A stretch of 64,000 nucleotides of DNA from a virus (taxonomy: Duplodnaviria > Caudoviricetes): positions 15,987 through 79,986 of IMG/VR virus record IMGVR_UViG_3300012662_000015; one strand, 5' to 3'. Every line of letters begins with the position of its first letter. Within the stretch, counting starts at the first letter, position 1. The notes beneath the pieces were generated by a model that was not told the DNA's origin, did not search any database, and saw nothing but the letters and a program-made list of their open reading frames with translations. Positions 1 through 8,482 of the stretch are shown in pieces. The position numbers were made by a program, and so were the translations under genes.

Positions 1-112
1 CGAGTCCGTTCATGCGAGCGCTGTGCATCTTTCTGGACGCAATCTTCACACGGTTGATTTCATACATGAGCGAACGCTCAAAATTCCTGTCACAATTCTT
101 GTCTCTTAGCAT
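1..112 (-). CDS. hypothetical protein, partial (runs off the window)
   Basis: ATG at 112-110 after an AT-rich leader; reads MLRDKNCDRNFERSLMYEINRV... open to the window edge. Confidence 0.4.
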   Translation of the reverse strand, partial: MLRDKNCDRNFERSLMYEINRVKIASRKMHSARMNGL

Positions 113-171
113 GATTATTCTGTTTTGGTTAATAGAAGGCAGTGCGAATTATCGCACTGCCCAAATTAGGC

Positions 172-306
172 TCACTCTACACAGGCCACAACCAACTTGC
201 AGTCCGCATAGCTCACAAATTCAACATGGGAGAACGTCTCCTGCATGCGCTCAATGGTGAGCTCGGCCTCAAACAGGCCCGCACATTCAACGCTCATCGT
301 GCTCAT
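172..306 (-). CDS. 44-aa small protein, paralog of 1763-1897
   Basis: Hand translation MSTMSVECAGLFEAELTIERMQETFSHVEFVSYADCKLVVACVE; below the ORF-track cutoff; 18/44 identical to 1763-1897. Confidence 0.7.
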   Translation of the reverse strand: MSTMSVECAGLFEAELTIERMQETFSHVEFVSYADCKLVVACVE

Positions 307-476
307 TCCGCACCCTCGTTGCTTGTTATGATCTTGGCCACGTTGTACGTGCCGAAACTCACGTCAAGGGACAGAAGCTCGGCAAACTTTAATGCGTCTT
401 CTTCTTTTTCAAAAGAACGCTCAGCGTAACTGTTTCCGTTAGGGAAGGTCTTCACGACAATAAATTCTTTTCTCAT
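303..476 (-). CDS. 57-aa hypothetical protein
   Basis: Hand translation MRKEFIVVKTFPNGNSYAERSFEKEEDALKFAELL...; stop overlaps the start of the next gene (ATGA). Confidence 0.6.
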   Translation of the reverse strand: MRKEFIVVKTFPNGNSYAERSFEKEEDALKFAELLSLDVSFGTYNVAKIITSNEGAE

Positions 477-536
477 TATTCTGTATTTTACGGTTAATAA
501 TGGAGGCTGCCATTTACCACGGCAACCATTTCCGGC

Positions 537-746
537 TTATTCGTCGTATGCGAAAGCGTGCAACCGCTCGAAGTAGTCGCTGCCGCCATACCTGTCCATG
601 TCGCCAACGCTGTCCATGTCGTTCATCAGCTGGCGAACATCCTCACGCATTTCCTTACGCTCAATCTCCAGCTGAGCCCTTGACCTGCTGCCGAAAGACA
701 TGAGAACAAGGGGAAACACACACACGAAAATCACAAACTTTTTCAT
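537..746 (-). CDS. small protein with signal-peptide-like N-terminus
   Basis: Likely start MKKFVIFVCVFPLVLMSFG within track ORF 537-929; AT-rich leader. Confidence 0.55.
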   Translation of the reverse strand: MKKFVIFVCVFPLVLMSFGSRSRAQLEIERKEMREDVRQLMNDMDSVGDMDRYGGSDYFERLHAFAYDE

Positions 747-1087
747 AATTATTGCTGTTTTATGGTTAATGGTTGCACGGTGGTGAAGACCATGCAATTT
801 TAGCTTTAGCGTGTGTGCTCTCGCGTCTTGTGATTTAACGGCTTCACCAAGATTTGCCGGCGGAGTAATTAAGCAGCCCCTTTCCTCTGCTGCGTTTAGT
901 GTTCGCCTCACCGCTCCGCTTTCAGTCATTTCTTTGTTTAGAGGTGGCAGAATGGCTCAAAGGTAGCTGTTTCCGAAAATCCGTAAGTTCCACCTAAGAC
1001 TAATGATGTCTTTGTTCCGTGCGAGGACTCGAACCTCAACAAGCGCCGACCGCTCACGGATAACCGCTCCACATATGGGCGTCTGGC

Positions 1088-1369
1088 TCAGAAGTCGAAA
1101 CCAACTATCACCTCACGGTCGCCACGCAGAAACGTCTCGTGGTTCACGTCGTCGAACAGGTAACACTCATACTTCCGCTCGCTCCTCTCGTAATAGCCGC
1201 GCACGTAGACACGGCCGTTCGGACTGAGCTTGAAATATTCGCCCTGCTTGAGCTCCTTCACTTTCATGACGGTAAACTCGTCACCGCGCTCCATCGTGTG
1301 AACGCAGCCGCGTGACTTGCTGAATGAACGCAGGCTCTCTCCTGAAATCTTTATCGTACTCATAATCAT
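1088..1369 (-). CDS. hypothetical protein
   Basis: 93-aa ORF with AT-rich leader in the small-gene cluster. Confidence 0.65.
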   Translation of the reverse strand: MIMSTIKISGESLRSFSKSRGCVHTMERGDEFTVMKVKELKQGEYFKLSPNGRVYVRGYYERSERKYECYLFDDVNHETFLRGDREVIVGFDF

Positions 1370-1462
1370 TTTGATTTTGAAGGTTAATTATCGTACTGCC
1401 CGACAAAACGGGCAGCGGTTGGGCTCAAAGGTCCGCAGGCGCAATTATCGTACTTCCCAAGC

Positions 1463-1696
1463 TCAGCGCAAACCGGGCGACAGCAAATTCTCCAGGCGCA
1501 GCGTGGAACGCCACAGCTCACGAAAGAACCATCTGCCAATTATCGTACTGCTCCAGAAATAGCCAAGCGCAAGTGTGTAGAAAACACCAAGCACGAAGGC
1601 AATTATCGTACTGCTGAACAACAACACGCACGGCAACGCCTGAATGGTGCCAAGCACCATAATGGCGCACGAATAGATGACTTGTCTCATAATCAT
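1463..1696 (-). CDS. small predicted membrane protein
   Basis: Two hydrophobic segments; contains two in-frame copies of the 12-mer (SSTII). Confidence 0.55.
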   Translation of the reverse strand: MIMRQVIYSCAIMVLGTIQALPCVLLFSSTIIAFVLGVFYTLALGYFWSSTIIGRWFFRELWRSTLRLENLLSPGLR

Positions 1697-1762
1697 ATGA
1701 ATTTAATTGGTTAATTATCGTACTGTAGCCACGCACGACAATTACCGTACTGGCTACAGATT

Positions 1763-1897
1763 TTAGGCTAAAACAGCCACAACAAACTTTTTGCCGTTGT
1801 AGCTCATGAACTCTACGTGGCTGTATATCGTCTGTAAGTCGGCGATACACGATTCCATCGCTCTTCCGCTTCTGCAATCTAATCTCAATGTGCTCAT
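1763..1897 (-). CDS. 44-aa small protein, paralog of 172-306
   Basis: Hand translation MSTLRLDCRSGRAMESCIADLQTIYSHVEFMSYNGKKFVVAVLA. Confidence 0.7.
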   Translation of the reverse strand: MSTLRLDCRSGRAMESCIADLQTIYSHVEFMSYNGKKFVVAVLA

Positions 1898-1963
1898 AAT
1901 TCTAATTTGTTTGGTGAATAGAAAAGCCTACACGGAAATGCAGGCTTGAATTTTGGCTGAATG

Positions 1964-2167
1964 TCAGAAAGAAACAGCTCCGATGTTGTTCGCACGCATG
2001 TAGATTCTATCTGCAACGTACATCACAAAGTTACGCACACGCCCCACGTAAGGAGCTCTCGCACTTGCCAACAATCCTGCGAACTGGGCACGGGTCAAAA
2101 ATCCCATGTTGAAGTCGTTCACTGCGTTTCTTACCTCTGCTACATTCTTCTTGTTAATTGCTTTCAT
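1964..2167 (-). CDS. hypothetical protein
   Basis: 67-aa ORF with AT-rich leader. Confidence 0.55.
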   Translation of the reverse strand: MKAINKKNVAEVRNAVNDFNMGFLTRAQFAGLLASARAPYVGRVRNFVMYVADRIYMRANNIGAVSF

Positions 2168-2865
2168 AATTCTATTAATTTAAATGGTGAATAAATAGGA
2201 GGGCTGGGATTTCTCTCAGCCCCGATTTAAGCCAGGACGTGCATCTTGGCACCACGTTTTGTCTTTATCGTCTTCACCACGTGGCTCACGCCCTACAGAT
2301 TTATTGCTTCTGCGAGCAGCTCGTTTTTCACTGAGGAGACAGACGTCTCGCGCGGATGACGGGCAACCGCTTTCAGTCAGCGTGAACAGTGTGCGCCTTG
2401 GTACGCTGCGGACCGTGGTCACGCACACCGTGATTTTACGGGTAACCAGCCCGCTGCGCTCACGACACGCATAGAATATGAATTATGATTTTTCTCTCTT
2501 CAAACTCTCACATCGCTATGTGATACAAACTCCCTGCGGTCCCGCCGTCTCATCTCATTCGACGCTCAGGTGAGGAATTTTCCTCGCTCCTCTCGGACGG
2601 GTGTCTCTGGTGGCAGCGCGTGCCATCTCTCTCCGTCTCGGTGTGCCTCTCGCACTCTCAATTTACCGAGGAGCTTTTCTTTCCCAATTAGTTGCCCATG
2701 GAGAATTTCAGTCCTTCATGGGGTAAGCCCACACGCCACGACAAGGCTTGAGAAATGTGTGGGGAAAAATAAGGGCATGAGTACCCGCACCAAATCTTTT
2801 GAATCTGGTGAAAATTACATGGAGACCGTATAAACGGCCTCCATGTAATTGGATGCCAGGAAGGA

Positions 2866-3393
2866 TTATTTGCCCTTCGCTTTGGCCGCCTTTTCTTCAG
2901 CCTCTATTTGTCTTAGAGCCTCAAGTGCCGCCGCCTTTCGAGCCTTAAGCGATATCCGTTTGTTACGTGCTTCGTTCAGTTCTCCACCCCAAACCTGGAA
3001 CTCTTTGTAGAGTTCTAACACTTTGGAAGCCAAAACGGAAACAGAAAAACAGGCATCATTGAAAGAGTCCTTGTCATAGTGGTTATCGAACCACTCCACA
3101 AACTTGTTAGCTTTGAACCCTGCAGCTATTGCCTTAACACCATGCCGCACCAGCTCAAAATTGATAGCACGCCCTTTGCCCGTATTGAGCAAATAGGCAT
3201 CAACGGCAACGTTTAATTCTGTTTTTGCGGCTTGCACACGTTGCCAAATGGCATTCATGGCCGCATAATCGCTTGATGGGTTCTCCTTTTGCACCTCTCG
3301 CAAAATCTCCGTACGAGAGATGTTTAACACATCCACACGAGCCGTTACGGCCGTTGTGTTCTCCAAAACGTCTTGAAAAGTCTTCTTTTTCAT
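2866..3393 (-). CDS. hypothetical protein (helical, Ala/Lys-rich C-terminus)
   Basis: 175-aa ORF, first gene of the leftward operon. Confidence 0.75.
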   Translation of the reverse strand: MKKKTFQDVLENTTAVTARVDVLNISRTEILREVQKENPSSDYAAMNAIWQRVQAAKTELNVAVDAYLLNTGKGRAINFELVRHGVKAIAAGFKANKFVEWFDNHYDKDSFNDACFSVSVLASKVLELYKEFQVWGGELNEARNKRISLKARKAAALEALRQIEAEEKAAKAKGK

Positions 3394-3447
3394 AAGTCAC
3401 TTGTTTTAATGGTTTATAATGTTGTCTTGCTAACGCTTTAGCGATAG

Positions 3448-3455
3448 CAAAGGTA
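3448..3455 (-). promoter_or_regulatory. putative Bacteroidota -7 promoter element TACCTTTG
   Basis: Matches TAnnTTTG about 55 nt upstream of the 3393 start; no clear -33 TTTG. Confidence 0.5.
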
Positions 3456-4518
3456 ACGAAAATAAATTAGAATATCATTATTTTTTAGCCTTTTAACCTT
3501 TGCGTAACTACTTGTCTTTCAGCTACTTATAAATTATTTTGCGTATATATATTGTAGCGTTTTTTTACGAAAGAAAGTGATGTTAATAAGGCGTTGTTTG
3601 CTTACAGACTGAAACAAAAGCAAATAACCGCCAAAATATTGTAACGATTTATTGCCTATTAATGGCTTTTAAGTGTACTTAATACACTTTTGATATTGCG
3701 TAACTTGCTGAATATGAGGTTGTTGTGTTTGTGTGTAATAATAACACTAAATAACTTAACTTGTTAGTTTTCAGCTCGTTAGGTTGTAATGGCCAAATAT
3801 CATTACAAAACATCATAAGTTATTGATAATTAGATGTTTATAAATTTGGTAAAATATCTACACATTTTGCACTCTTAATGAATGTTATACAATAACGGGC
3901 AATTTAACACTATATGTATAGATATACGGGTAAATGTTAAAATATACGGCATGAAGGGTTTGTCAACATTCTTTACTTTGTCAAGTCTTTTCTTCCGTTT
4001 TCTTGACACTGAAAACAGGTTGTTATATGGTATAACAACCGACACCCGCCCCCCCCGTGGGCATGGAGGGCAAAGCGCGTAGTTACCTCATACACAGGAT
4101 TTTATATTTTTTTATTTTTTTATTTTTTCTCCATTTTTTTGCCGTTTATTTTCGTCTATTATGTCTCCCGATGTACACTTTTAGGCATTTTAAGCCGTTT
4201 TGGGGCATTTTGCGGACTTTGGGGTTAGAAATACCCTATAATGAATATTATTGTTCATAGGAGTGAATGTTTTATGTATAGTATATCTAAGTAAATACAA
4301 GTATTTTGTAATATTTTGGTTAATTTATATAGTTATGGTATTAAATGTACAAGCGAAATAGGTATAGCATATTAAAATAGGGTGTTTTATGTCGATTTTT
4401 TGTACATTCCGTTCATTTTCCTCTTGTATAAATATTGAATATCTGGATATTTTTTCATATTTTTGCAATCGACATCAATAATTGCATTAATTTGCATGAA
4501 TAGAATTGGTATTATCAG

Positions 4519-4830
4519 ATGACGAAGAAAGAGCTTGTGTCGAGCGGCGCCTTCAAGTCCGCTCCTGACGACGCGTTGATTGTTTACATAGAGAGTGACG
4601 GGACGCTTCACAACATCGGTTCCTGCCAATGCAGGCACAACCGTACCGAGCTGTTGTTCTGCTCATGCACGCGAGCCATGAGCAAAGGCGACATGCTCTC
4701 CGACGTCCAGTTCCTTCATGCCAGCAGCGGTGCCGAGATAATGCTCTCCGATCGTTGTGGCGTTAGGTACAGCTGGGAGTGTTCGGTCAGCTACGACAAC
4801 GGTTCAGTAGTGATAACGGAGGACTTCTGA
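4519..4830 (+). CDS. hypothetical protein
   Basis: 103-aa ORF, first gene of the rightward operon. Confidence 0.65.
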   Translation: MTKKELVSSGAFKSAPDDALIVYIESDGTLHNIGSCQCRHNRTELLFCSCTRAMSKGDMLSDVQFLHASSGAEIMLSDRCGVRYSWECSVSYDNGSVVITEDF

Positions 4831-4831
4831 C

Positions 4832-5056
4832 ATGGGATGGCGTTACCACAACAAGCGCCCTCCCTTCAAGCCGGATCCCCGTCACTGGGTCCGCAAGAGT
4901 TCAAACGGCTGGAAGTCGAAGGTGGCATACGAGACGGAGGATGATGCCTGGGAGTTCTTGCAGCAGAACCCGAGGTTGAAGGCGTTGGGCTACAGGCCTT
5001 ATTTCTGCCCGTTGTGCAGCAAGTACCACTGCGGACATTTGCACAAACAAAAATAG
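4832..5056 (+). CDS. small C2H2-type zinc-binding protein
   Basis: YFCPLCSKYHCGH motif at the C-terminus. Confidence 0.6.
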   Translation: MGWRYHNKRPPFKPDPRHWVRKSSNGWKSKVAYETEDDAWEFLQQNPRLKALGYRPYFCPLCSKYHCGHLHKQK

Positions 5057-5064
5057 TTGAGAAT

Positions 5065-5463
5065 ATGAAGAAACGAGGATATTACGAGTATGACCCTGTC
5101 ATATACCCCAGGAAGTTGTGGGTTCACATCGGCTACGACCTGCGCGATGTCGCATCTTCGGAGTTTGAGGGTGTCGAGCAGACCGAGAAGGAGTACTACG
5201 GCGTGACCTACGACGAGGTGGTAAGGAAGTCCGACAACATCATCGGTGTTCTCATGTCGTTTCAGTCCGCCAAGGACATGCGGATGAGCGTCTGCGCCCA
5301 CGAATCATCGCACGCCTGTGACGACATGGAGAACGCCATAGGAATGGAGCACGGGGGCGAGGCGAGCGCGTATCTTCTCGGCTGGATAGCGGGGTGCGTG
5401 AACAGGGCGCGCCTTGGCGACGGAGATTTCATCGAAGTTAAAGACAAAGACAAGGAGGAATAG
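5065..5463 (+). CDS. HExxH (zincin-like) metallopeptidase-motif protein
   Basis: VCAHESSHACD followed by EASAYLLGW; likely start MKKRGYY. Confidence 0.6.
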   Translation: MKKRGYYEYDPVIYPRKLWVHIGYDLRDVASSEFEGVEQTEKEYYGVTYDEVVRKSDNIIGVLMSFQSAKDMRMSVCAHESSHACDDMENAIGMEHGGEASAYLLGWIAGCVNRARLGDGDFIEVKDKDKEE

Positions 5464-5466
5464 CTT

Positions 5467-6108
5467 ATGATTGACGAAAAAGATATTAATGTGGGGTTGC
5501 TTGTCGTGTTCCCTGAATGCGAGAAGATAACGTTGTTGGCAGAGGATGTCCTCCATCAGTTTGATATTGGCGGCTTTATCTTCAAGTTCTATAGCAATAA
5601 CCAGTCTAATCAGGTTTTCGAAATCATTGGCTGCGACAAGGATCACCGCATAGGACTGCGACGTTTGGATGCCGACATAAAAACAGAGCCGTTTTTCGAG
5701 GTGATTTATGTTACCCGTAAGCTCTTGTGCGAAGAAGCGTCAATTGCTCCTGGAATAGAGACGTACTACAAGGAACATTTCTGTAGAAAGAAAGACGTAG
5801 GCGGCATTTTCGGCGAGAAGCAGTTTGAGACGACAACTTTCAACATGCTTGCCACATACAAGGCCAAGAACCACGACTACGGCAACAGCTTTACAAACCT
5901 CTTCAACGAGTGCGGCATGATATACGCCTATGGGCACATGGCCGAGAAGCTGGCGCGCGTCAAGTCGCTCATGAAGGATGAGGAAAAGGTGAAAGGAGAA
6001 AGCATGAAGGACAGCCTTCTTGACCTTGCCAACTATGCGATTCTGACCGTCATGGAGTTGGATAATCATAACGAGAATAACAGCAATGAACCAGGGAAAG
6101 ATTATTGA
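5467..6108 (+). CDS. DUF1599 / nucleotide-modification-associated domain 1 (Nmad1) protein with N-terminal extension
   Basis: C-terminal KNHDYGNSF...EKLARVKSL...ESMKDSLLDLANYAILT motif set. Confidence 0.75.
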   Translation: MIDEKDINVGLLVVFPECEKITLLAEDVLHQFDIGGFIFKFYSNNQSNQVFEIIGCDKDHRIGLRRLDADIKTEPFFEVIYVTRKLLCEEASIAPGIETYYKEHFCRKKDVGGIFGEKQFETTTFNMLATYKAKNHDYGNSFTNLFNECGMIYAYGHMAEKLARVKSLMKDEEKVKGESMKDSLLDLANYAILTVMELDNHNENNSNEPGKDY

Positions 6109-7639
6109 CAGACTCGTCAACGAGTTCTATACGGAAGCAAAGGAAGCGAGCTACGGTTTTGCGCAGTTTGCGGTGCCTTGGGGAAGAAAGGACAGCGACC
6201 AGTGGCGCAGGAAGAAGATAGCCTTCGACGCCACGTTGAGGGCTTTCGCCAAGAAATGCGGCGTAATGGCCGTAGACAACAAGCTTTACGCTTTCAACGG
6301 CAAGGTGTACGAGCCGACCACTCAGTTTGCCGTCTGCCAGGCGTACGACATACTCATGGCCTCGCTTGGCATAGCCGACGTGATGTCCAACAAGACGCTA
6401 CGCAAGGAGGCGTTCCTTGACACAATTATAGCCTATAACCAGCTTGAGGTACGCAACGACCTCGTGGCGTTCAGGAACAAAGTGGTGGATTTCAGCGGAA
6501 AGAAGCCGTCCGATATGGGCAGGACGTGCCAGTTCAGCAGGCAATACCATGTCCTTGACTATCGGCCGTACGCTTACAACCCCGATGCTACCGCTCCGAA
6601 ATTCATGGATTACCTCCGCTTTGCCCTGCCGGAGAAGATGGATAGGGACGTACTCCAGATGTTCCTTGGGCTTGGTCTTGTGCGCTCGTCTTATGCCTTC
6701 AAGCGCGACGACGGGCCGCGCAGCACCGTTGAGTTGTGCCTTATCATGCTCGGAAGCGGATCCAACGGAAAGAGCGTGCTGTTCAATATCATGTGCGCCT
6801 TGTTTGGCAGAAGTCACATCACGTCGATAGACTACGACACCATGACGTCTGACGGAGATGAGGGTCTTCGAGGAAGGGCGGCTATCAGGAGCGCCGTTTT
6901 CAACTGGTCATCAGACTCCGACCCCAAGAAGTTTGGTCTGAAGAATACTGCCATGTTCAAGAGGATTGTGAGCGGCGAGCCGTTCCCGTACAGGTTGCTC
7001 GGAGAGGATATTGCCATATCAAAGAGCTGCCCGTACCTCATATTCAGCCTCAATGAGCTTCCAAACATCAACGAGGGGACACACGGGTTTGTCCGGCGAC
7101 TACAGTTCGTCAACTTCACGAAGACGGTACCGAGGTGGAAACAGAATCCGAACCTTTCGCAGGAGATTATCGACAGTGAGCTTCCTGGCGTTTTCAATTG
7201 GGTTCTCAGGGGTGCAAAGGAGATACGCCGCAGGCATTTCCATTTCCCGGCCACCGACGCGAATATCAAGACAAAGATCATGTCCCTGCTTCCGACAAAT
7301 CCTGCGTCTGCATGGACGATGGCCTATCACCTGCGTGGAACAGCGATAGCTCCAAACGAGAACAAGGAGGAAATCTCCGCTGCCGAAATGTACGAAAGCT
7401 TCACAAGGTTCTGCAATGACAACGATTCGGGGCCGGTTCCATCAAAGATAGCTTTTGGGCGCTCTTTGCAAGCTCTCGGATTCACCAAGCGCAGGATGGC
7501 TGACGGAGTGGTTTTTGTTTGCTACGGAGCGTATGCGAGGGATTTGAAAGAGTCTATCCTCATAGACATGATCCATGATGACAACGAGGCGGCGCACGAT
7601 TATTCACAAGACGAAGATTCATTTATTACGGAGGATTAG
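6086..7639 (+). CDS. D5/P4-type SF3 DNA primase-helicase
   Basis: D5_N-like AFRNKVVD, Walker A GSGSNGKS, motif C FSLNELP, GFVRRL, C-terminal winged-helix-like region. Confidence 0.85.
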   Translation: MNQGKIIDRLVNEFYTEAKEASYGFAQFAVPWGRKDSDQWRRKKIAFDATLRAFAKKCGVMAVDNKLYAFNGKVYEPTTQFAVCQAYDILMASLGIADVMSNKTLRKEAFLDTIIAYNQLEVRNDLVAFRNKVVDFSGKKPSDMGRTCQFSRQYHVLDYRPYAYNPDATAPKFMDYLRFALPEKMDRDVLQMFLGLGLVRSSYAFKRDDGPRSTVELCLIMLGSGSNGKSVLFNIMCALFGRSHITSIDYDTMTSDGDEGLRGRAAIRSAVFNWSSDSDPKKFGLKNTAMFKRIVSGEPFPYRLLGEDIAISKSCPYLIFSLNELPNINEGTHGFVRRLQFVNFTKTVPRWKQNPNLSQEIIDSELPGVFNWVLRGAKEIRRRHFHFPATDANIKTKIMSLLPTNPASAWTMAYHLRGTAIAPNENKEEISAAEMYESFTRFCNDNDSGPVPSKIAFGRSLQALGFTKRRMADGVVFVCYGAYARDLKESILIDMIHDDNEAAHDYSQDEDSFITED

Positions 7640-7641
7640 AT

Positions 7642-8175
7642 ATGAAATTACCGTTTGGAAAGAAAGTTATGCTTGGCGGTTTTTACGTTCTCAAGCACAC
7701 GAAGTCACTAACATCGGCCGAATTGAAAAAGCTCAGAAAGGCCAGCAACATCCCGGCCGATGTCCAAAAGCACTTGGACCGCAAGTCTCTACCGTACATC
7801 ACCATCTCTACGATGTCAGACTCCTGGCGAATTGAGTTCGTCATCGGCACTGGAATGTACGAGGCCATTGACGAGCTTCCCGTAGCAGTGGACAGCGAAG
7901 GCGTGTACACCTACTATGGCAACGCAAGGGTCAACTTCGGCAACATAGTAAACGGATGGTTCGCTTACACCGGCACCGTTGGCGACGCGGAGTATCAGGC
8001 AGCTGTGGTAAATGCCATGCAGGACTATCTTAAGCGCGCTTCCGAGAAAGGCAAAGACACCCTCGGCGAGGAAGAGAATGGCAAGGTGATGGACGATGAG
8101 CTTGAGCGCGAGGAGCACAAGTCGTTGCTCAAGTCCATGTCAAATGAACTGAAAAAAAGTGAGGAGAATGGATAA
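7642..8175 (+). CDS. hypothetical protein
   Basis: 177-aa ORF directly after the helicase. Confidence 0.75.
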   Translation: MKLPFGKKVMLGGFYVLKHTKSLTSAELKKLRKASNIPADVQKHLDRKSLPYITISTMSDSWRIEFVIGTGMYEAIDELPVAVDSEGVYTYYGNARVNFGNIVNGWFAYTGTVGDAEYQAAVVNAMQDYLKRASEKGKDTLGEEENGKVMDDELEREEHKSLLKSMSNELKKSEENG

Positions 8176-8365
8176 TACGGACAGGATTATCGACATGGCG
8201 CAGGACATGGCCTCAATTCAGTCTTGGATGCTAACTATTATGGACGCATTGGAGACTGGAGTCATGCCACGGCACTTTCAAACGTTTAACGACGACGCTT
8301 TGGATAGTTGGACGTCAGTAATAGAGGAAGGTATCGTTAAGAGAGGTGTTAAGCCTCACGAGTAA
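8168..8365 (+). CDS. hypothetical protein
   Basis: ORF overlapping the previous stop; likely start MDNTDR. Confidence 0.55.
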   Translation: MDNTDRIIDMAQDMASIQSWMLTIMDALETGVMPRHFQTFNDDALDSWTSVIEEGIVKRGVKPHE

Positions 8366-8368
8366 GAA

Positions 8369-8403
8369 AAGAAAGTGCCAAGGGCATCACTGCTCCCGGC
8401 ACT
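8369..8403. terminator. hairpin between convergent genes
   Basis: AGTGCC...GGCACT stem just after the 8365 stop. Confidence 0.4.
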
Positions 8404-8482
8404 CATTATTAACCATTTAAATTTCATAGAATTATGAAATAATGCTTGCAAAGTTAATTGTTTCCGTTGAAACGGCAAAGCG

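Larger units (their letters stand above)
138..1751. repeat. dispersed 12-bp repeat AATTATCGTACT (minus strand AGTACGATAATT)
   Basis: Exact copies at 1386, 1443, 1538, 1601, 1713; one-mismatch copies at 147 and 1740; partial copy at 1351. Confidence 0.9.

Noticed and set aside
1351-1751. 12-mer repeats as a mini-CRISPR array
   Set aside because: The repeat is too short (12 bp), spacing is irregular, copies lie inside coding frames, and no cas genes are present.
3882-4638. Short ORFs in the AT-rich control region (3882-4082, 4057-4260, 4387-4638)
   Set aside because: Their composition is low-complexity and AT-driven with no motifs; the region reads as regulatory DNA.
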